A stretch of 64,000 bases of DNA. It comes from Vicugna vicugna. Its lineage: Eukaryota. A program made the translations under genes and the position numbers. Every line of letters begins with the position of its first letter. Position 1 is the first letter of the stretch. Of the stretch, positions 25,515 through 37,125 are shown one piece after another. The stretch lies in NCBI GenBank assembly GCA_013265495.1, contig MU058844.1, positions 12,794,184 through 12,858,183 on the forward strand, given 5' to 3'. The notes below the pieces were generated by a model, which saw only the letters and a program-made list of their open reading frames with translations, was not told the DNA's origin and did no database searches.

Positions 25515-26029
25515 TACTTACATTTATTTTCTTATAATATTTTTACTTTCACTTAGATTCTGATTTTCTTTTCTTTCATTTTTTTTTTAAGTGTGGCTGA
25601 AAGGAGTTATAGCTAGTTTGACAAGAATTTGCATAACCCTGGGTATACCATGGCTACTTGTTTTAAATGTGAATATCATCCATTGGAAAATAGGGTTGAA
25701 CATCATTCCTTAAAGAACATGTAGTCCATCTCCTTACTTTTATCAGAACTTGAAATACAGAGAGTAATTTGTCTAGCCACATATCCATTTAGCTAAGTCT
25801 ATAACCTAGGCCTCCTTGATTCCAGTACAGTGCTTTCTATTTCAATAAATGACTCTTTATTTTGAACAGCCAATATAAGAAAGTGGCCTGAGGCAGGAGA
25901 GGATTAGGCAAGGCAATGTGTCTCCTTTTTCTAATCTTTAGTCTCAGTTCCCAGCCTAAAGGAAAAGCACCAAAGAAACAGCCCCAATGGTACAGTCTGC
26001 AAGTTTCCTTGCTCTAGGAACATTCTTCT

Positions 26030-26230
26030 TCAAATCTATTTGATTGCAATTCACAATAAGAAATACATTTTAATTCACAACATAGGACACACACACATCC
26101 TCCCCTATAACTGAAACAAAAGTTTCACAAAGCAGTTCTTGCCCTTACTATACATGTACTCTGATCTTTTATATTCTATTCCATTCTAGCCTAGTTCATT
26201 ACAAAATTTTGAAAAACTCTGCTCTTGAAA
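26030..26230. mobile_element. hAT-Charlie fragment (Charlie4z-like)
   Basis: 'aagaaatacatttta...acacacacac...ataactgaaacaaaagtttcacaaagcag'. Confidence 0.5.
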
Positions 26231-26404
26231 ATAATAGACATGTTTCAACCTGCTGACAAACTCCGAAGTTACTAGGTTCGCTGAAACTGTGTCATTCACA
26301 GAATAATAAATTTCACTCATATATATTTGAACTACAAGTACAATATCTCAGATTTCAGAACAGAACCCATAGAATCTTCTCATTGGAATACCAGTTCATT
26401 ACAA

Positions 26405-26583
26405 TATGATGGATTCTAAGACTCATTGTTTTCCACATTTTAACATCTCTGAGTTCAGGATGTGTCTTTAAAAAATCAGTGGCTTCGTAAAGTTTAATTG
26501 TCAGTATTTCTCTTCTTTCTTGGGTAACATGAAATAATGGTGAGTCTTAAAGTCCATGATTCCTTAGAGTTTCTATGAAATAT
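26405..26583. mobile_element. Small DNA transposon relic (MER96-like)
   Basis: 'gattctaagactcattgttttccacattttaacatctctgag' with degenerate inverted end 'cttagagtttctatgaaata'. Confidence 0.45.
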
Positions 26584-27309
26584 CTTAGTAATAAGGATTA
26601 TATAGGCCAAACTCTATTCCTTATTCATTTCAAAGTATCCAACGGATCAGAATGCTTTTTGACATCTTGTTAACATAACGTAATGAGGTGATGAAAACTA
26701 CTTAAGAAAAAAACCTTAGGGCTGGGCTAGAAGGAAAAATGAATTACAAAAGGAATTTAGAGATGGCTTTCTCATGGAGCCTTCACTGTTAGCAGGGTTT
26801 GATTAAGATCTTCCTGGTTTTCTACTTCTTATTCTGTATTGTTACTGTCTTTCAATGACTAGCATTTTACTTTTTTCTCTCACCCATAGGGTTGAGGGAG
26901 AGTTCCCCGGACCATGGTTAAAAAGGAAGGCAGAAGGTTACATCCGAAAATTAAGGTACTAAAAAAAAAAAATTAGATTTTATTTTAAAAATGTAACGAA
27001 TCGCCAAATTCATGTGTATTTGTTCACACTGATACCAACACAACACATTGTAAAACTTAATGACTATGAAATTGGCAGGAAGGATCCCGAACATGACTAG
27101 GAACCAAAATAAATTTGCTAGGCTATTTTCATCCCAGCTTGAAGAAAATGTACCACCTTTTCCTCAAAAAAGCCAAAAAACAAACAAACAAACAAAAAAC
27201 CCTCAAAAGAAACGAAAAAAACCTCTAATGAAGAAAACAGTACATTAAATGCCACGATTAATGTGCTACTAGAAATAGGGACAAGTGGTTACTGCTTTTC
27301 AAGCCAGAC

Positions 27310-28610
27310 ACCACGACGCCTTCTTCCCCTGTCTGGCTGAAACTTTAGGCAAGCCCCAGGCTGGGGAGGCGGGCCTCACGCCCGGCCTCACCGAGGGCGT
27401 GGGGTCCCGAGCCCTACCCGGAGCTCTATCGTGCTGTCTCCTCAGATTAGGCAGGCCTTGTACGACGGGTCCCGAAGGCCTCGCCTCAGCAGGCGCGGGG
27501 CGGGCGCGGCGGCTTCGCCTCCCGAGACCGCCCTCAAGGGTGCGGAGGCGGTTTGACGGCTGCAAGACTCCAGAACCAGGTGTTGACAATTGCTCCCGCG
27601 CGGCTGACGCCCGCCCCGCAGGGGAGGAGTCTCCGCCACCGCCTCCGCGCGTCGTCACGTGGGGTGTGGCCTGAGCCCGCTAGCCGAGGGGCGGGGCCGG
27701 GAAGGGAGGGCTCTCGAATGTGAAGGATCTTGGCGGCTCTGGATGCCCAGAGAGGCGGCGACGCGGTCGATGACAGCATTAGGCCGCGACGCGTTCCCGG
27801 CTGGGCGGTGGTGGTAGCGGCAGCCCGGGCGGCTGCAGCCTTAGCTTTCGTCGCGGCAGAGGCCGCCGCTGATAGCCGGCTGAGGGAGGGAAGGTGGGGG
27901 CCCGCCCCGCCCTGGACCAGGGGGCCGGAGTTTCCGCCCCCTTCGCGGGTCCTGCCTCCGCGGCGGCGAGACCGCGCCCTTGGTCTGGGCTCGCGCCCCA
28001 GCTGCCGCCGGCGACTGCAGCCGAGAGAAGTTAGGGTCCGACTGGACGCGTGCAGGGCCCCAGAAGAACCGGCCTCTGGCGCCCCGCCTCTCCGGGGCTC
28101 CGCACCGGTGAGTGTCGCGCCCGCCCCTCAGTTGGGGGGCGGTGGGATCGCACCCCTGCGGGCGACTGCACCCTGATCCTCACGTTCTGAGTTCGGGCCG
28201 GCGGGGACTCCGGGCACCCCGCTCCGGGGAGTTTCTCTTTGGCTCCTTTGTCCCCTTTTGAAGTGGGAAATTCCAAAGGCTGGCGAGGATGGAGTGTTTT
28301 GGGGCCCACCGTCGGTGCGTCTGTAGCCTTACAAAGCCGCGGCAGGGGCAGGGGGCCGCTGCGAGCTTTTGGATCGCCCTGAGTGTCTGCCTCCTCCTGA
28401 AGTTTGGGCTGGCGGCGGGGGTCTCGCCGGAAGCCCCCGTGCCCTGGAGAGCTGGCGCTTTGTCACTTGCGGTTTAGGCGAGGCTCCCTTTCCTGTGACA
28501 GCCCCAGAGGAGGCTGTGCCACGCACCGCAGACCGCACCCGCCCTGCAGAGCCGAGTGGCACGATGTTGTTCCTATTAACCTCAGTTCCTCTGGCCTTCT
28601 CGTAGTGTAG
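27310..28610. promoter_or_regulatory. CpG-island promoter
   Basis: ~1.3 kb that is GC-rich and CpG-dense in an otherwise AT-rich, CpG-depleted window; GC boxes (ggggcggggc 27688-27697), E-box GTCACGTG 27654-27661, KLF site ggggtgtggc 27661-27670; no obvious TATA box. Confidence 0.92.
27780..28107 (+). other. Probable non-coding first exon of an unidentified + strand gene (start approximate)
   Basis: Consensus donor CCG|GTGAGT at 28107/28108 inside the CpG island, downstream of the promoter motifs; no ATG between 27781 and 28107; downstream DNA is T-rich on + with mostly antisense L1s. Confidence 0.65.
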
Positions 28611-30619
28611 GAGGAAGGCGGAGCTTTTGTTGTACTTTTAAATTTAATATTTGTTTCTCAGCCCTTTCTCAAGAATGGAATCAGGTTCCATGTTGCTTCA
28701 CAAAGAGCGTGCTTTTGGTTCATTGAGCCACCCACTCCAGACCCGCCGAGGCGAAGCAACAGTATTTGCAGATTTTCCATTCACGAAAGTCATTTAACGC
28801 TCTTAGGAGAGACATCTGCGTTAGGGAACTTACCCAATTTCATTTTATCTAAATGCTGCCTGAAATAATAGGTAATTTGGGCTCCTAAACAGATGGGGAA
28901 AACGTATCTAGCTGATGATATAAGAATATTCACTTTAAGTGAATAATTTAGTGAAGTTTTTGTCTATTTGACACAAAGACAAATGATTTCTAAGTAGTAT
29001 TAGAATGCACTGTGTATGTTTACTAGTTTTTGTTAACTTCTCCTTAAATTTAGCCTCAAATTAGTGCCACTTTAGGTCTTTTCAAATAATCATTTGGAAG
29101 TTTTTCGCCTCCTTTAGTATCCAAGTAGAGCAAGGATTGGGGAGGAGCATCGGTGAAAATTAGCTTGTTAGGTTTTCTCCGTCCATACCATCCGGTGCCA
29201 TCTAAACTTGATCATGCTGATAGACAATGGTCAATTTCTACGCTTGCTAGAGCTTGTTTTGCAATGAAATTATTAACATGTTAGCGTTGTGAAACAGGTT
29301 GAGGAAAGAGGAGTAAGGGCATGCAGTTCGCCTGCTATTAAAAGTACAACTGATTTCAAGTAATTGTTCCCCCATTTTTGACAGCGACTATGTATGGAAT
29401 GACTACAATATGCCTGTTCAGAGTAATGGGAAAGGGAATAGCTGAAACATAAGAACTACCTTTTAGGTCTTTAATTATGGAACTTAAGTTGTTGCGGTCA
29501 AATTCCATGTGAACCGTTTGAGCCACAATACATTGTACACAGATGCTTAGAAGTGCCTGTTTAATTAAACATGGTCATTGTTTATTTCTCTTTCATTGAA
29601 TCGTGTTTATTGTATCTGCGATCTGTGAAAAGATGCTGCTACATTTTTTTCAGTTAGAATGTTATATTTTAGAGGCAATCAAATATGTTTCTTACAAATC
29701 ATTTATGGCACCTATAAATTTGGCAATATCTGATTTCTAGGTTCACTTTTGAATTGCAAAACCTTAAAATACACTTTGGGGATAAATATACAATTCTGTG
29801 TAGTGAAATTATCTTTTGAGTTTTGATTTAAGAAAAAGGTGATAGAATTATGAACTTACAAAATCTGCATTACAAACGATCTTTCTTTTTAAAGGACAAA
29901 TTGCATAATTTTTTTAACTAGTGAATGTTCTTAGTATATTTAAACTTGGTTTACACACAATTCTTTAAGAGCATGTTACTTGAGTTGAAGCATGAGTGAC
30001 AAAATAAGGAATTGATACTTAGATGTAGTTTTCTAATATTATTTTGAAAAATCCTTATCCTAATAGTAATACCTGAAGTGTTATATTTTAATGTTTATAT
30101 TATAAACTCTAAAGCTGTGCACACTTACAGCAATGCTTTTGGAGCAGTGGGGGATTCAAAAGTGGAAGACATAGGTCCTACCTTATTCTTATGACTATGA
30201 CCTACAAATAATATATAAATACAACTTGAATTAAAAAGCCTCTGAATACTTCATTAATGAAGATGGCTGCATACAGGGAGATTGAAATACAGTTTTCTTG
30301 TGGGTGAGACACAGGAAGAGATGTCTGAACTAATGTGTGAAGATTTCATGTCAGTATTTTCTTTCAGGAAACCCCTGAAAGATTTCAGATCTATCCTTGC
30401 ACCTTGGTCACCACCCCCTCATATATCTGCTCAAAAGGCATGAAGGTGAAGGTCTCATCTGGAACACATAATAGAAGGGATTTTTCCTTCTTGAGAAATG
30501 TTATCAAGTTTGCAAGGAGAGTGTTTTCTTCAGAGACCTTGTAGGAAAGGAATCCTTGTCCTGAGGCATCATACTCTTCTACCCTTTGTTATTTTTACTT
30601 TTGTTTAAGTTGGAAACAA

Positions 30620-30700
30620 TGTAAGCGCTCCATGATAGCAAGGACCTTGTCTGTTTTGCTCACCATTGACTCTCCAAATGCTTAGTAGTTATTGAATGAA
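30620..30700 (+). mobile_element. LINE-2 3' end
   Basis: 'tgtaagcgctccatgatagcaaggaccttgtctgttttgctcacc...ttattgaatga'. Confidence 0.65.
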
Positions 30701-31109
30701 AAAGTGTGGTTCCAGATATATGACTGGAGAACCAAGAGGAGTTTGTGGTAATGTAGTCCAAATTAGATACAGACAGTGAGGTGACAACGTTGGCTTGCGA
30801 GGAGGGTAGCAGGTCATTTAATCTGGGGAACGTTCTTGGGAGAGGCCATTCTTCAGTTAGGTCTTGTTGAAAGCTGTCTATCTGAAGATAAGCAGGTGTT
30901 CTAAGAGTAGTAGACAGCATGAACCGAAGCATTTAAATTGGACTGGGTAGTCACGTCAGATTAAGCACAGTGAGTCTTTTTTGGTAACATTATGAAGAAT
31001 TTTTCTTCTTCCCTCACAGCTGTTGCCTCTCCCAGGTGAAAAGATTCCCACACTTTAAAAGAGCCAAAATTTAGAGTGCCTGAGTTTTGGAAGTGACAAT
31101 GTTACAGGG

Positions 31110-31335
31110 AAAGCAAGAGCATTGAACTGGATGTGAGAAAATTTGAATTGGATTTCGGATGGCATCTTATACAAGCATCCTTAGGCAAATCACTGGGTCT
31201 TAGTTTTCTCATTTGTGAAAGGAGGATAGTAATCCTCATCCCATCCCATTGTTGGGAGAATGAAATTACATAATATATGTGAAAATGCCCATCTCAATGT
31301 CTTAAAACATAGAAGTCAATAAACATTAAATTATT
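31110..31335 (+). mobile_element. MIR SINE
   Basis: 'ccttaggcaaatcactgggtcttagttttctcatttgtgaaaggaggatagtaat...ttgttgggagaatgaaatta'. Confidence 0.7.
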
Positions 31336-32209
31336 TAAAACTTTTTTTTTTGTCTTTAGATCTTTAAAAGATGTTTTGGTACATTTATCACAAATGCTAA
31401 TACCTACTTGACCTTTGCTTTGATTCATGGTATTACCTTTAAATTTATCAGTATCAAAATTTTAGACCCTTAGTTTTCTTTCAGTGAGGCATAATGTTTT
31501 CTGATAGAAATGAGGCTTAATTTTGTTACTTCTTAATGTTACAAACTGCAGGGAATGCTAGATGCCTCAAATTTGTAAAGCTTTAAGGGATATGTGTAGC
31601 TGAAAAGATCTGAGCCTTTAGGCTTCTCTGTAGAATTTGTTTTTGAAGAAATTATACTTGCCTGTCATGTGATCTCTGTTCATTGTGAAAAAGCAGGACA
31701 GTTTCCTGCTATTAAGGAAAAAAAATACCAAAAATATCTTCCATATGTTTTTAGTGATCTGAGTTGACTGTAAAGCAGTCATGTAGAATTGCTACCTGCT
31801 GTGCTTTATTTTAGAATTCAGTATTTTTTGAGCAGGCAGATAGACTTCTGCATCATTTCTTTTCTCAGCTTTTTGTCCCAGTAGTTATTTGTTCTTTTAT
31901 GAATCTCAAAATTTCATTATTCTTTGTGAACTCTTTGTACTACTTAAATCCACGGAGCCGTCTGTTCTTTGTATAGTATTTGGAAGGGAATTTTATTATA
32001 AAAAGACTAAAAAGAGCCGTGAATCTTCAGATGATAAGCCAGTTACCTGCCATCTTCCGTATTTACAAAGGACTGAAAAAAAAGAAATGGATTTTGAGCT
32101 TGAAGACTCTTTTCAGATAAAAAGAAGAAATTTTTTGATTTGGAGTTGTCAAAAACATGATAGATTCAAAGAGAGATTGATAGCCTGAAGGGATCTTAGT
32201 AGGAGTAGT

Positions 32210-32212
<3 letters not shown>

Positions 32213-32263
<51 letters not shown>
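32213..32263. repeat. (TAA)17 microsatellite
   Basis: 17 perfect units counted directly; adjoins the 3' tail of an antisense MIR. Confidence 0.95.
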
Positions 32264-32265
<2 letters not shown>

Positions 32266-32545
32266 GTAATAATAACATATATGTTGACTGCTAACCATAT
32301 ATCAGGTGCTTGACATGTGTACCTGACATTGAGCCCCCAAATCAGGCTATTTTCTTGTCCGTTTTTTAAAACCTCATGCACTGAAAGGTTAAGTAGTAGT
32401 AGGCCGTGAAAGTGGGGTTTGAACTAAACCTGAGTCACAGGGGAGGCTAAGTAGCAGGTGGTGGAGCTTACCAAAAGGATTTGAATTCAAGGTTTAACCT
32501 GACCTTTGACTTCAGAACCTGCACTTTTAACCATTGTATTGCACT
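32264..32545 (-). mobile_element. MIR SINE (degenerate)
   Basis: 'ctaaccatatatcaggtgctt', 'ggatttgaattcaagg...gacttcagaacctgcacttttaacca'. Confidence 0.55.
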
Positions 32546-33760
32546 GCATTGTGTAGTTTATTTGCAGTTGCCTCTTGTGACAGGTTTTGACCTTTATGAT
32601 CTTTTCCAGTCTATTTTGACTTTATGATTTGATCAAAATACAATTTGTAATAAGATGGCATATAGCCTTGATTTTTTTTACATTTCACATGTATTTGACT
32701 GACGTCCTGTTTTTTACTTAGTAGACTGAATAATTCTTTATTGTTCTTTCAGTTACCGTTTTCTTACTAAGGAATTCCAGACTAACCTGGAACTTTAAGA
32801 ACATAGTAGATACAGTATTTTAAGGTGACTTGTTACATTTTTAAAATTAAAACTGTTTTTTTCAAAGAGTAAGACTGATGTACAGATTTGGTATGGATGG
32901 TTTTAATGGACGATATTTGAGAGTCACAAATATATATAATTGAAATTTATCCTATTGAAATTTCCACCATTAAAGTAACTTGTTTTTTGGCCACCAAATG
33001 CCACTATTAGCAGGAGTAGTTTATCAGATTACATAGCTTCTTACGAGCAAGGCTCAGGCTCTTGTGAACATTATGGAATCTGTGTAGGTACATTTTGATG
33101 AGGTGAGAGTATGGTGTATTTGGAGAGAGAGCAGTTCAGTCAAAGTAAATCCATTAGTGGATAAGAGTAATGCAGTGGGAACCTTGGACTAGAGGACGTG
33201 TGCATTGTTCAAGCCCAGAGTAGGATAAAGGACTTCTGAAGAGGAGCTTTGCTTACTGTATAATTTTACCTATTGTTTTGACTATAATGACATTTAAGAT
33301 CAGCAATCCAGAACTAAGGAACAGTGCTGTGCATCATAGTAGGGAGTTTGTAATAGTTCCTAGGCTGTTTTCCAAAATGTGGATTCATTGACCGAAGGAC
33401 TCTCTGACTACCTATTCTTTTGGAAATCTGGAGATGTAGAAGAGCACCAGCCCTGGAGCCAGACTGCCCAAATTTGGAACCTGCCCAGCCACTCAGCTGG
33501 CTTGTTGCCATGCACGCGGCCCTGTGCTGACATGGGATGACTGCAGAGGGAGAAAGTGGTGTCTTTAGGCGAAGTGAGGCCCAGAGATGCACCTTGTGAG
33601 TTTCATGTGGTTCTTTGGTGGTATTAAAGAGATCTGGAAGTTCTTGCATAATCTGAGTGAAGGAAATAGAAGTTAACAGAGTGAGAGCCAGCCAGCAAGC
33701 CTGTCATGAGGCTGCTGTTGTGAGGGGAGGGACCATGCAGTACAGTGTGGGGAGAGCAGC

Positions 33761-34232
33761 TGTGGAAGGTTCAGCTCAACGCCCACCAAAATTTGTGCTC
33801 CCCTGCTGTAGTACAGTTAACCCTGGGACGTGGCTCCTCAACTGGGAACATATTTCTCAGTCATTCTCTCCTTTCTCCTCATCCTCCTTCCCTGCAGCTA
33901 GGTGGGGTCACATGACTGGCTTCACCAGTGGAATGTGAATGGAAATGAGGTGGTGTCGCTTTTGAGTTGTGGTGGGAGAAAAGCAGCTGTCTTTCTCCAC
34001 TTTCTCTTTTCCAGCCCAAGAGCCAGATGCAGAGGCTGGGGTTCTTTGGGTGTGTGGGAGAGCCAGGGATTGGGAGATCTCTAGTCCCTAAATTACCATG
34101 TGGAAGAAAGCTGTGCACCTGTGCAAACAGGAGCGCTCATGATGGACAGTAATTTTAATGAGACATTTTAATGTGTGAAGTTACTGAAAATTTGAGGTTT
34201 ATTTACTAAGCAGCCAGTGTTGCCTTAACCAT
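33761..34232 (+). mobile_element. MLT1J/K-like LTR
   Basis: 'ccctgcagctaggtggggtcacatgactggcttcaccagtggaatgtga', 'gttactgaaaatttgaggtttatttactaagcagc'. Confidence 0.65.
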
Positions 34233-34474
34233 GGGCTGCATGGGCTGCATAGAAGAGATAATTGAGGCCCTAAGAATATCCATACCAGCAGGAGCTGAGG
34301 TGGGGCCAAGTTCAGAGATCCACTGGGTGCTGTTCCAACATACTGATCTGCGTATGATACCATTATGACCCTATCAAACCTCCGAGGCCCATGAGGACCC
34401 AGAGGGCAGTCCATGGGTCTACATTCAGACGAGTCATAACATTCCCTGTGCCCACGAAAGCTTTCCTCTGTGTC

Positions 34475-34690
34475 CAGGGTTTCTCTAACTTGGCTCTCTT
34501 TACAGTTTGGGCTGGATGATTCTTTGTTGTGGTGGGGGCTGCCCTGTGCGTTGTAGATTGTAGAGCAGCATCCCTCCCCATTACCCATTAGATGTCAGTA
34601 GCATCTCCCCTAATTGTATGACTCAAAATATCTCTGGACATTGCCAAATGTCCCCTGGGGGGGAAAATCAACCCCAGCAGAGAACCACTG
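34475..34690 (+). mobile_element. MER20 (hAT-Charlie)
   Basis: 'tttgggctggatgattctttgttgtgg...gggctgccctgtgcgttgtag...ggacattgccaaatgtcccctgggggg...gagaaccactg'. Confidence 0.88.
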
Positions 34691-35399
34691 CCTTAAAAAC
34701 TGAGTTACCCTGAAAGAAATTATTTTAAACTGAAAGAAACTTATCTTTAATCAAAGGACTTTTTCTCCTCTTAGAAGATGAGTAGAATTCATGGGGGAGA
34801 TTTATGAATATGCAACAGAGGAAGCTATTTTTTTGTGTGTGTGAAACACTAGTTTCTATTGAATGTTGATCTACATGTCTGTTAATTTATCAGCTTAGAG
34901 ATTGTCTGGATTTTCTATTTTTTCTTTTGTTCTTTCCTTTTCCTTCTGAGCTGGTGGCTATACTTCTTGCCTAGCTAAACATATTTCCTCCATCGTCCCA
35001 ACCCCAGCTGTCATGCCCGTATGTCTATAGGTTCTCTCTAAATGATGAAAACCAGTAGTTTTGATATTATGACTATGTGAATATTATTTAATGCTAGGCC
35101 AGGTAGTATGATTATGATTTCTTTCCCACAGATCCTATTAAGCAGACCTTGGGGCATTTGAAGAAAAATTCCTTGATACCATCAAGGTTCAGTGGATTTT
35201 ATTTTATTTATTTTATCAGTTGCTTAAAATCTAGCCATTGAATTAAAAACAATGGGCATGACTTCCCGTTTTCTTGGTGTTTCTAATGGCCCCCCTTTTT
35301 TGTACTGTATGCTTTTATCATAGTCTCCCCACCCACTAACCCCTACCCCTTCCAGCTCTTCAGCATACTGTCTGTTGTACTGTGTTCCTTATTTATTTA

Positions 35400-36305
35400 T
35401 CTGGAGTTGCCTGTAATTCTGCTTCAACTTGGACTAGTTGCCTTTTAGGTCTCTTTCTGAAACTTCCTTTCACTGTCCTCTTGAATTGGATCTATTCTAT
35501 TATAGATCTTCTTCTTTTTTTTTACTAAATTTATTTGATCTTTTTTCTGGAGTACATCTTCAAGTAACTTCCCAAAAAAGTTGTTTTGAGAGGCAAATTT
35601 TCGGAATTATTCTATGTACAGAAATGTCTTCATTTTGTTCTCATATTTGACTGATAGTTTGGGTGCAGTGTTGTAGGTTGTACATAATTTTCCTTTGGAA
35701 CTCTGAAAGCATTGCTTGGTTGTCTGCCACCTTCCAGGGATGCTGATTAGAAGTCATATGTCATCTAATTTACTATCTTTTTAAGGTGATTTGTTCTTCC
35801 TTCTGTCTGAAAACTTTTAGGATCTTCTCTTTTATCTTTGTGCTACAAAGTCATAATGAGGTATACAAGTTATTTTTGTTTTGTTTTGGTTATTTTTTCT
35901 GGGTACTCAGTTGCCCTTATTCTTGAATCAGATTCTTCAACTCTAAGAAATTTTCTTCTGTCTTTGATGTTTTCCTCTCTTCATTTTCTTGTTTGCTTGT
36001 CCATTCTTTAAAAGGGGGCAAATGTTTTCTCTCTGGTCAGTGAGACTGATCCTCATCTCATTTTTACTGTAATATTTTGTGATTCTCTTTGCTCTGTGGT
36101 CAGGGTTTTTTTTCCCCCCTAGGTTTTTGACTGATTTTTTGAGGAGGGTGGTAATCTATGAATTTTCTTGTTCTCTTTTTCTACCATTCTTTTCTTGTTT
36201 TATGTTGTAATACTGTGTTTAGTCTCAGAATATGGAAAGTAGATTTTTAAAAGATATTTGTGTCTCCTTAATTATTTCCTTTTCCTTTCTGGTCAGTTTT
36301 TGTAA

Positions 36306-36362
<57 letters not shown>

Positions 36363-37125
36363 AGAATTTTTTTTTTTTTTTTCATGCTTTGTTTTTCTTG
36401 TATGCCTGGTGATGTTTGGTTGTTTTCCCTGTTTAGGTTTTACCTTGGAGTAAGAATTTTGGGCACAGCACTTTGGGGGCAGGATAGTATAGGATAGGGC
36501 CCATCTATTGGCAAACATTTTAGGGTAAGGGCGGGGAGCCTGCTTCCAGGCTGTGGGCCCTCTAAATGCCAGATAAGGAGGGTTTATTACTCTGTACCAG
36601 CATCCCCGCTTCGCTGTCCCTAGACAGTTATTCACTGTCTTTAGAGAAAAGCTGACTGTCTTTTTGCCTGGGAGTAAATGCCAGTTGTTTAGGTGCTCCT
36701 TGGAGGTGGGAGATGGGAAATGTAGTTGTCCCTTGTACAGTTTGTCAAGTAATGTATCATTCTCCTGTTTTTAGCCCCACTATTTATTCCCATCATTTGC
36801 TGAACCATTTACTTTGCAATCATGCCTCTCTGGGGTTCTGTCAGAATTGAACTGGTTCCCAGCCTTTTGCATCACTCTTAAAGGGTATAATGAGGTTGTG
36901 GCTTCCTGTGCTTGCTGTATCGATTAACCTTACATCTACTTTCATCTTTCAGAAATTTGTTGATTTCCCTCTCTACTCTATCCCCACTTTTAATTTCTTT
37001 GTTCTTATGGTTTCATTTTTTTCCTGTATGAATTGCTTTTATTTCAGTGGGATATCTGGAATAACTGGAGGGAGATTTTATGTTCAGTCTCTTATCTTTT
37101 ATTGGAGACCTTTCCTAGCTTTTTA
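35400..37125 (-). mobile_element. Old LINE-1 (L1M5/ME-like) ORF1/5' region fragment
   Basis: 'ttgactgatagtttgggtgcagtgttgtaggttg...tgctgattagaagtc...ttttaggatcttctctttt'. Confidence 0.55.
36308..36382. repeat. T50 homopolymer, 9-nt spacer, then T16
   Basis: Directly visible. Confidence 0.9.

Noticed and set aside
27285..28610. Several overlapping 60-148 aa ORFs on both strands
   Set aside because: Expected from stop-codon scarcity in a GC-rich island; Pro/Arg/Ala/Gly-rich, many with non-ATG starts, and no recognisable domain
32063..32381. Poly-Leu and poly-Ile ORFs
   Set aside because: Translations of the (TAA)n microsatellite
32988..33006. CTCF-like tggccaccaaatgccact
   Set aside because: Lacks the core AG and GG positions; too weak to call
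36225..36635. Poly-Lys and poly-Phe ORFs
   Set aside because: Translations of the T homopolymers
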